A stretch of 64,000 nucleotides of DNA from Thermoplasmata archaeon (lineage in GTDB: Archaea > Thermoplasmatota > Thermoplasmata > Lutacidiplasmatales > UBA184), in contig JAKAYT010000002.1 of assembly GCA_021826685.1 (NCBI GenBank), forward strand, positions 27,123 through 91,122, written 5' to 3'. Shown in pieces: positions 58,319 to 64,000 of the stretch (position 1 is its first letter; every line of letters begins with the position of its first letter). The translations under genes and the position numbers were made by a program. The notes beneath the pieces were generated by a model. That model did not search any database. It was not told the origin of the DNA and was given only the letters and a program-made list of their open reading frames with translations.

Positions 58319-59640
58319 TACGGACACGAGCGGGCCCGCCAGGCCGGGCACGCGGCGAGGCGCTCGAACCGTCCGTCGCGCCGGGTCGCTTCGAGGGCGA
58401 GGACCCGCTCTCGCCACATCCGCGAGAACGTTCCCAGCGGCTCGAAATGGTATCGCAGGACCTGAAAGGGGATCTGGCCGGTGGGCGCTCTCTCCCAGCC
58501 CAGGACGAGGCGCCCGTTCGGAATCCCCACCGCCGCGCACCGGAATCCAAGTTCGAGGGCATGCTGGGGGGCGGAGCGGGAGATCTCCTCGGGCGAGGGG
58601 CGGACGGAGGCGTGGGTCGTTCGGACCAGCAACGGTTCGCCCTGCCAGCTCTCGATCAGGTCCGGGGCCTGCTCGGTCCGGGGCAGGAGTCGGGCCACCT
58701 CCCCCACCGGACCCGCCTCCAGGACTTCGCGCAGACGGCGGCGGAGTTCGCTCGCAGGGGTCCGAGGGTATCCCTCCGCCCGACCGCGCGTCGCTTCCAT
58801 GTAGGCGAGCCGGGGATACACCAGATCGCGGAACGAAGACACTAGGGGGGCCGGTGCGGCCGGGGATCGATTCCAGGCCGTCTCCCACTGCGCACGGGTC
58901 GGTTCCACCGTGCGGCCCGGAGCGATGCCGGAGATCATCGGGGATCGTTCCTCCTCTTCCGTTCCGGAACAGTCGCACAGCCCGTCGCGCTGGAACTCGC
59001 ACCCGTGGTCGAACCATCGACACGCCGGGAGCGAGGCAGGAGAGCCCTTCTCCAGCGCGTACCGAAAGCGATCGGCTTCGTGCGCGAGCGCTCGGAGACG
59101 GTCGGCGAGGTTGCCCGCGTCGAACTCGCCGACGGAGACCGCGAAAGGGCCCGCGTCCGCTCCCGCCACCAGTGCGAGCCAGCCTCGCGGCCGCTCGCTG
59201 AGGGCGCAGTACGCCACGAGTTGCGCGACCGCCTCCGGCCGGCGTTCGAGCAGCTCTTCCGCGGGCACCGCTCGAGAGGTCGTCTTGAGCTCGATCGGGA
59301 CGTCGAGCAAGGCGTCGATCTGGCCGACGACGCCCGCCCGTGCGATCTGGACCTCGAACGCCGCCGAAGGACCCAGGATCTCGCCGAGAGTGCGATGCAT
59401 ACGGGTCCCCCGCTCGATGGCCGCGGGATGGGCCGGTGCGATGCGGGTGCCTACCTGCGAGCGCCAGTACCCGCGCCGCGGGTCCACGAGGTCCGTCACC
59501 CGGACCGCTGCAGGAGCACCCACGATCGCTGGCCAGCGCTCCGCGAGTTCTGCCTGTGCGCGAGGGAGTGGCGCGATGAAGACAGACCGTGCCCATGCTT
59601 CCCCGGACGGGAGATGGTCAGCCGAGGACGGACCGCTCAC
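58276..59640 (-). CDS. Cas4-like PD-(D/E)XK nuclease with internal duplication
   Basis: RGTRMH, E, GQID, IELKTT, QLVAY, two Cys clusters. Confidence 0.75.
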   Translation of the reverse strand: MSGPSSADHLPSGEAWARSVFIAPLPRAQAELAERWPAIVGAPAAVRVTDLVDPRRGYWRSQVGTRIAPAHPAAIERGTRMHRTLGEILGPSAAFEVQIARAGVVGQIDALLDVPIELKTTSRAVPAEELLERRPEAVAQLVAYCALSERPRGWLALVAGADAGPFAVSVGEFDAGNLADRLRALAHEADRFRYALEKGSPASLPACRWFDHGCEFQRDGLCDCSGTEEEERSPMISGIAPGRTVEPTRAQWETAWNRSPAAPAPLVSSFRDLVYPRLAYMEATRGRAEGYPRTPASELRRRLREVLEAGPVGEVARLLPRTEQAPDLIESWQGEPLLVRTTHASVRPSPEEISRSAPQHALELGFRCAAVGIPNGRLVLGWERAPTGQIPFQVLRYHFEPLGTFSRMWRERVLALEATRRDGRFERLAACPAWRARSCPYQPECGCPGGLTSR

Positions 59641-59674
59641 AGGAGGCTCTGCGGCCTGCCGAGGGGCCGCCCGC

Positions 59675-59679
59675 TTATA
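59675..59679. promoter_or_regulatory. probable shared TATA box
   Basis: TTATA between divergent nuclease and nadB starts. Confidence 0.5.
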
Positions 59680-59702
59680 GGCGGACGGCCGGTCCACGGA
59701 CG

Positions 59703-61268
59703 ATGCCTCCTCGCTCTAGGGGCCCCCTGATCATCGGGAGCGGTATCGCGGGACTTTACGTGGCACTACGCCTCCGCGAGCTGGGGGAGAACCCGACGAT
59801 CATCACCAAGGCGCGGTTGGAAGAGTCCAACACGCGCTACGCGCAGGGCGGGATCGCCGCCGCGATCGGTCCGAAGGATTCCCCCCGCCTTCACTTTCGC
59901 GACACGGTCGCCGCAGGTGCCGGTCTCGTGGACTTGCCGGCCGCACGGTTGCTGACGGAGGATGCTCCGCGACGCGTCGCAGAACTGGTGCGGTTCGGGG
60001 TCCGATTCGACACGGTAGAAGGGGTCGTCGCGCTGGGCCGTGAGGCGGCCCATTCCCGCGCCCGGGTCGTCCACGCCGGCGGCGACGCCACCGGGCTCAC
60101 CATCGAGGAGACGCTCCGCGAACGAGTCGTCGAAGCGGGGATCGACGTCCGGGAACGAACCGTCCTGAGGCGCCTGATCCGAGGGCGGACGAAGGGAGCC
60201 CCCACCGTCGTACTCTCCCGTCCCGACGGTGACGGCGTCGAAGAGTCGGACCCGCGGCCGGTCGTCCTCGCGACGGGGGGTGCCGGAGGTCTCTATCGGA
60301 ACAGTTCGAATCCCTCCATCACGACCGGCGAGGGGCTCGCGATCGCGTTCCGAGCGGGGGCTCTCCTCAGCGACATGGAGTTCATCCAGTTCCATCCCAC
60401 GGTTCTCCGACTTCCCGCGGCCCATCCGTTCCTGATCACCGAGGCGCTGCGCGGCGAGGGTGCGGTGTTGCGGAACTCAAAGGGGGAGCGCTTCATGCCG
60501 CGCTACCACCCGCAGGCAGAACTCGCCCCGAGGGACATCGTGAGCCGAGCGATCGTCCGGGAACTGGAGCGAACGAAGGCGAAGACGGTCTTCCTCGACG
60601 CAACGGGTATCCCGCGAGAGCGGCTCTTCGGCCGGTTCCCCACCATCTGCCACTTCCTCGTGACGCACGGCCTCCAGCCGGACCGAGCCCTCATACCGGT
60701 CGTGCCCATGGCGCACTACACCATCGGAGGGGTCCGGACCGACCTGGAAGGACGAACGTCGATCCGCGGCCTCTACGCGTGCGGGGAGGTTGCTTCGACG
60801 GGGGTTCACGGCGCGAACCGACTCGCGAGCAACTCCCTGCTCGAAGGTCTCGTGTTCGGGGAGCGAGTCGTTCTCCAGATCCGCCACCCGCGCGTCGGCG
60901 CCCCGGTTCCGCCCCGACGGACCCTCGCGGTCGCCTGGCCACCCCCGGGTCCGGGCCGCGCGGGACAAAGAGCGTTCGACGAGGTCCGCGACCTTCTGTG
61001 GACCCGGGTGGGGATCGTGAGAGACGCCGCCGGATTGAGCGAGGCCGTGCGGCGGTTCTCGGAGATCGGGGCGGCGTCCGAACCGAACGCGGCTTCGGAG
61101 CTGCCGTCGAGATTGGCCCACGCTTCGCTGACCGCGTACCTCGTGGGATACTCGGCCCTATCCCGGACGGAGAGTCGGGGCGCGCACTATCGGAGCGACT
61201 ACCCGGTTCCGCGCCCGTCGTGGCGCACCCACCTCGGTCTAATCCGTTCCGCCTCGGGCGGCGGATAG
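59703..61268 (+). CDS. nadB: L-aspartate oxidase
   Basis: IIGSGIAG, YAQGGIAA, REAAHS, QFHPT, EALRGEG, HGANRLASNSLLE, ESRGAHYRSD. Confidence 0.94.
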   Translation: MPPRSRGPLIIGSGIAGLYVALRLRELGENPTIITKARLEESNTRYAQGGIAAAIGPKDSPRLHFRDTVAAGAGLVDLPAARLLTEDAPRRVAELVRFGVRFDTVEGVVALGREAAHSRARVVHAGGDATGLTIEETLRERVVEAGIDVRERTVLRRLIRGRTKGAPTVVLSRPDGDGVEESDPRPVVLATGGAGGLYRNSSNPSITTGEGLAIAFRAGALLSDMEFIQFHPTVLRLPAAHPFLITEALRGEGAVLRNSKGERFMPRYHPQAELAPRDIVSRAIVRELERTKAKTVFLDATGIPRERLFGRFPTICHFLVTHGLQPDRALIPVVPMAHYTIGGVRTDLEGRTSIRGLYACGEVASTGVHGANRLASNSLLEGLVFGERVVLQIRHPRVGAPVPPRRTLAVAWPPPGPGRAGQRAFDEVRDLLWTRVGIVRDAAGLSEAVRRFSEIGAASEPNAASELPSRLAHASLTAYLVGYSALSRTESRGAHYRSDYPVPRPSWRTHLGLIRSASGGG

Positions 61269-61308
61269 GACCGCGCACCCCTTATGAGTTCGGCCCGTTC
61301 GTCCTGTC

Positions 61309-62460
61309 ATGGACCTGCGGCTCTCCGACGAGGAGACCCAGATTCGAGACGCGGCGCGCAAGTTCGCCCAGCGGGAAATCCAACCGCTCGCGGACCGAAT
61401 GGACCGCGAGGACTACTTTCCCCGGGACGTCTTCGCGAAGCTCGGAGAGGAGGGGTTCCTCGCGGTCACGCTCCCCGAACGATGGGGCGGGCTGGGGTTG
61501 TCGTACATCGCCCAAGCCCTCGTCCTGGAGGAGATCGCGCGCGTGAGCCCCGCTCTCGCGCTCAGCGTGGGTGCTCACTCCAACCTGATGGCGGACAACC
61601 TGGCTCGTAACGGAACGGATGCGCAGAGGGACCGTTACCTGCCGTCCTTGGCCAGCGGGAAGATGATCGGCGCTCTTGCGCTCACCGAGCCGGACGCCGG
61701 CTCGGACGCTCTGAGCCTGAGAACCGCGGCTCGGAAGGAAGGAGGCGGTTACCGGCTCAGCGGATCGAAACAATTCATCACGAACGGCCCGATCGCCGAC
61801 GTCCTCCTCGTCTACGCCAAGACCGATCCCAAGGCCGGTGCGCGCGGGATCAGTGCGTTCCTCGTGACGAAGGGCTCTAGGGGGTTCACCGTCTCCCGCA
61901 GCCTCGACAAGATGGGGATGCGAGGAAGCCCGACCGGCGAGCTCTCCTTCCAAGATGTGCCCGTGCCGGCCGATCATCTCGTAGGGAGGGAGAACGAGGG
62001 GGTGGCGATCGTCATGAGCGGCCTGAACGTCGAGCGCGCGGTGCTCTCCGGGATCCCCTTGGGGATCATGGAGGAGTGCCTGGCTCGAGCCACGAACTAC
62101 GCCCGAGAGCGGGAGCAGTTCGGCCAGAAGATCGGGCGGTTCGAGCTCATCGCCGCGAAGCTCGCGGACATGTGGACCGACCTGCAGGCAGCGCGCTACC
62201 TGGTGTATTCGGCGCTCACGTCGGTTCAGGGGGACAAGCGCCGCGCCCGGGAAAGCTCGGCCGCGCTGACGTTCTCCAGCGAAGCATCGACCCGCCATGC
62301 GCTCGAGGCGATCCAGATCCTGGGCGGATACGGCTACATGCGAGACACGCCGCTCGAGCGCCTCGCTCGCGATGCCAAGCTGCTCGAGATCGGAGCCGGA
62401 ACGAGTGAGATCCGACGCCTGGTCATCGCTCGGGAGCTTCTCGGCCCGGGATTCGACTGA
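61309..62460 (+). CDS. acyl-CoA dehydrogenase (isovaleryl-CoA dehydrogenase-like)
   Basis: ALTEPDAGSD, KQFITNGP, KMGMRGSPT, LNVER, GGYGY, EIGAGTSEI. Confidence 0.92.
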   Translation: MDLRLSDEETQIRDAARKFAQREIQPLADRMDREDYFPRDVFAKLGEEGFLAVTLPERWGGLGLSYIAQALVLEEIARVSPALALSVGAHSNLMADNLARNGTDAQRDRYLPSLASGKMIGALALTEPDAGSDALSLRTAARKEGGGYRLSGSKQFITNGPIADVLLVYAKTDPKAGARGISAFLVTKGSRGFTVSRSLDKMGMRGSPTGELSFQDVPVPADHLVGRENEGVAIVMSGLNVERAVLSGIPLGIMEECLARATNYAREREQFGQKIGRFELIAAKLADMWTDLQAARYLVYSALTSVQGDKRRARESSAALTFSSEASTRHALEAIQILGGYGYMRDTPLERLARDAKLLEIGAGTSEIRRLVIARELLGPGFD

Positions 62461-62470
62461 CGGGAGCCCT

Positions 62471-63214
62471 GTGGTCCGCCTCTCCTCGCGACATCCGCGA
62501 TACCGGAGCCTACGCGTGCGCGCCGAGCTCGCCCAGGCCGTTCGAGAGGGCCTCGTGGTCCCGGAGGGGCTGATCGCGCACGGTCGTGGCGAAGCATTCG
62601 ACTACCTGCTCGGGGAACGGACCACCCCCAGCGCCCGCCGAGCGGAACGCGCCGCCGCCCAATGGCTCTGGAACGCGCGTCGCCCGGTGGTTAGCGTGAA
62701 CGGAAACGTGGCCGCCCTTGCCGCCGACGCGATCGCGGGACTCGCGCGTGCGCGCCCCGGACTGGGAGTGGAGGTCAATCTCTTCCACCGCACCCCCGCC
62801 CGCGCGCGCGCGATCGCGCGGGTGCTCTCCGCCTCGGGGGTGCGGACCGTGCTCGGGGTCCGACCGACGGCGAGGATCCCGAGCCTTCCGTCCGACCGTG
62901 CGTACGTCGATGCCGAAGGGATCTATCGCGCCGACGTCTGTCTGATCCCCCTCGAGGACGGGGACCGCGCGCACGCCCTCCAACGACGAGGCCAGCGCGT
63001 GATCTCCATCGATCTCAACCCGCTCTCTCGGACATCGCGGGTCGCGGACCTTCCCATCATCGACGAGCTCACCCGAGCGCTCGCGGGGATACGATCCGCC
63101 CTCCCAGCGCTCCGGGGGCGGCCGATGGGGAACGGACGGTTCCCGGCCTTCGAGGCCCAGCGGGCGCGGGACGAAGCGCTCAGGGCGATGGCGCAGTGGC
63201 CCCGTCGCCCTTGA
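62471..63214 (+). CDS. archaeal 4-phosphopantoate-beta-alanine ligase (phosphopantothenate synthetase)
   Basis: HPRYRSL, GLIAHGRGEAFDYLLGE, SVNGN, EVNLF, PLEDGDR, IDLNPLSRT. Confidence 0.93.
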   Translation: MVRLSSRHPRYRSLRVRAELAQAVREGLVVPEGLIAHGRGEAFDYLLGERTTPSARRAERAAAQWLWNARRPVVSVNGNVAALAADAIAGLARARPGLGVEVNLFHRTPARARAIARVLSASGVRTVLGVRPTARIPSLPSDRAYVDAEGIYRADVCLIPLEDGDRAHALQRRGQRVISIDLNPLSRTSRVADLPIIDELTRALAGIRSALPALRGRPMGNGRFPAFEAQRARDEALRAMAQWPRRP

Positions 63215-63695
63215 GGGAGCTCGCGACGATCTCCGCGATCGGCCGCGCGAGCGTAGCCGCGGCCCGTTCCAGGAAGCGTTGGTCGCTCGCGTCGTAGACT
63301 CCCACCTCGGTGCCGTCGATATCGATCTCACCGACGACCCGGGCCCCGTCCCGGATAGGTACCACGATCTCGGACCGGGTCTCCCGAAAGCAGGCGAGGT
63401 ACTCTTTCGACTCGCGTACGTCGTCGACGATCACGGTCCGCCCTTCTCGTGCGGCTTGCCCGCATACGCCTCGATCGAGCGGGATCCGGGTGTGCTCCGT
63501 GGCCTGTTCGCCGTCCCAGCCATCGAGTACGAGGGTCGCGCCTTCCAGCCGGTACACCCCGACCCAGCGGTACTGCGGGAACTCGTGCCGGAGGAATCGG
63601 CACGCCTCGCTGAGTGCGGCCGCTCCGTGAAGGCGCGACACGATGGCCTCGAGCTGGAGGAGCGACGGGGTTACCGCCCGCTCTCGGACCGGCAT
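63180..63695 (-). CDS. GAF-domain protein, free methionine-R-sulfoxide reductase-like
   Basis: WVGVY, GVCGQAA, YLAC..TRSEIVVP, EIDID. Confidence 0.85.
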   Translation of the reverse strand: MPVRERAVTPSLLQLEAIVSRLHGAAALSEACRFLRHEFPQYRWVGVYRLEGATLVLDGWDGEQATEHTRIPLDRGVCGQAAREGRTVIVDDVRESKEYLACFRETRSEIVVPIRDGARVVGEIDIDGTEVGVYDASDQRFLERAAATLARPIAEIVASSLKGDGATAPSP

Positions 63696-63725
63696 CGTTC
63701 GACCTCAGGAGGAACCGAGAGGAGG

Positions 63726-63842
63726 CGCCGAGGGGGAGACTTCCCCCCGGGGCGGAACGACCGCTCCCGGCGTTTGAACTCCCGAGGCGTTTCCGCCACG
63801 AGCTTTCCAGACTCGCGCCGTACCGGACTGAGCCACCTCGGC
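63726..63842 (-). tRNA. tRNA-Ser(GGA) with 33-nt intron at position 59/60 (63740-63772)
   Basis: Reverse complement: GCCGAGG/CCTCGGC acceptor, CGAGT-CTGGAAA-GCTCG, long V arm GGCG-GAAA-CGCC, GGGAG-TTCAAA[intron]T-CTCCC, discriminator G. Confidence 0.93.
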
Positions 63843-63897
63843 ACGCTCCGCGGGTTCGGACGGGGGCCGCCCGATAAGGTTGGCGCCCGGGAGGGGT

Positions 63898-64000
63898 TCA
63901 CTCGGAGTCCGGGAACCAGCCGCAGGCCGGGCAGCCGATCGACCGACGCTCCCCCGGGATCATGTACCCGCAGTCCGGGCAGGGGGCGGGTTCCGGGCCG
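63898..64000 (-). CDS. 3' end of a Zn-ribbon protein (runs off window)
   Basis: ...PAPCPDCGYMIPGERRSIGCPACGWFPDSE*. Confidence 0.65.
   Translation of the reverse strand, partial: GPEPAPCPDCGYMIPGERRSIGCPACGWFPDSE

Noticed and set aside
58276-59640. CRISPR-Cas locus around the Cas4-like gene
   Set aside because: No repeat-spacer array or other cas genes were seen in the window.
288-63901. Many long antisense or alternate-frame ORFs (e.g. 288-1928 -, 12006-13637 -, 45572-48034 -, 57734-59596 -)
   Set aside because: They are Arg/Pro/Gly-rich shadows of recognisable genes, expected at high GC, and show no motifs.

Overview
GC-rich archaeal chromosomal core region. Gene content and order point to class Thermoplasmata; a high-GC soil or peat lineage is an inference. 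It contains an asd-lysC-trpEGDCFBA operon, an M20 amidohydrolase and SufS-like pair, the mevalonate-entry cluster (HTH, HMG-CoA synthase, thiolase, DUF35), the large rpl3-to-secY-DUF106-cmk-cbf5 ribosomal superoperon, an MMPL transporter, PCNA, AlaXp, MeaB with a B12-binding subunit, an A24 peptidase, rps6e-aIF2gamma-Trm112, a signal peptidase, prs, nadB, an acyl-CoA dehydrogenase, phosphopantothenate synthetase and a GAF protein. I saw no CRISPR array or mobile element. The strongest signal is that all three tRNA genes found (Ala-GGC, Arg-TCT, Ser-GGA) carry a 31-33 nt intron at the same non-canonical T-loop position 59/60, each with the same relaxed bulge-helix-bulge containing an A.G mismatch. 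Other leads are an apparently catalytically dead thiolase in the HMG-CoA synthase operon, a CysRS paralog lacking the anticodon domain, an internally duplicated Cas4-like nuclease, an unassigned ~280-nt structured intergenic region, and disordered tails on ribosomal proteins. All calls come from manual motif reading; no searches were run.
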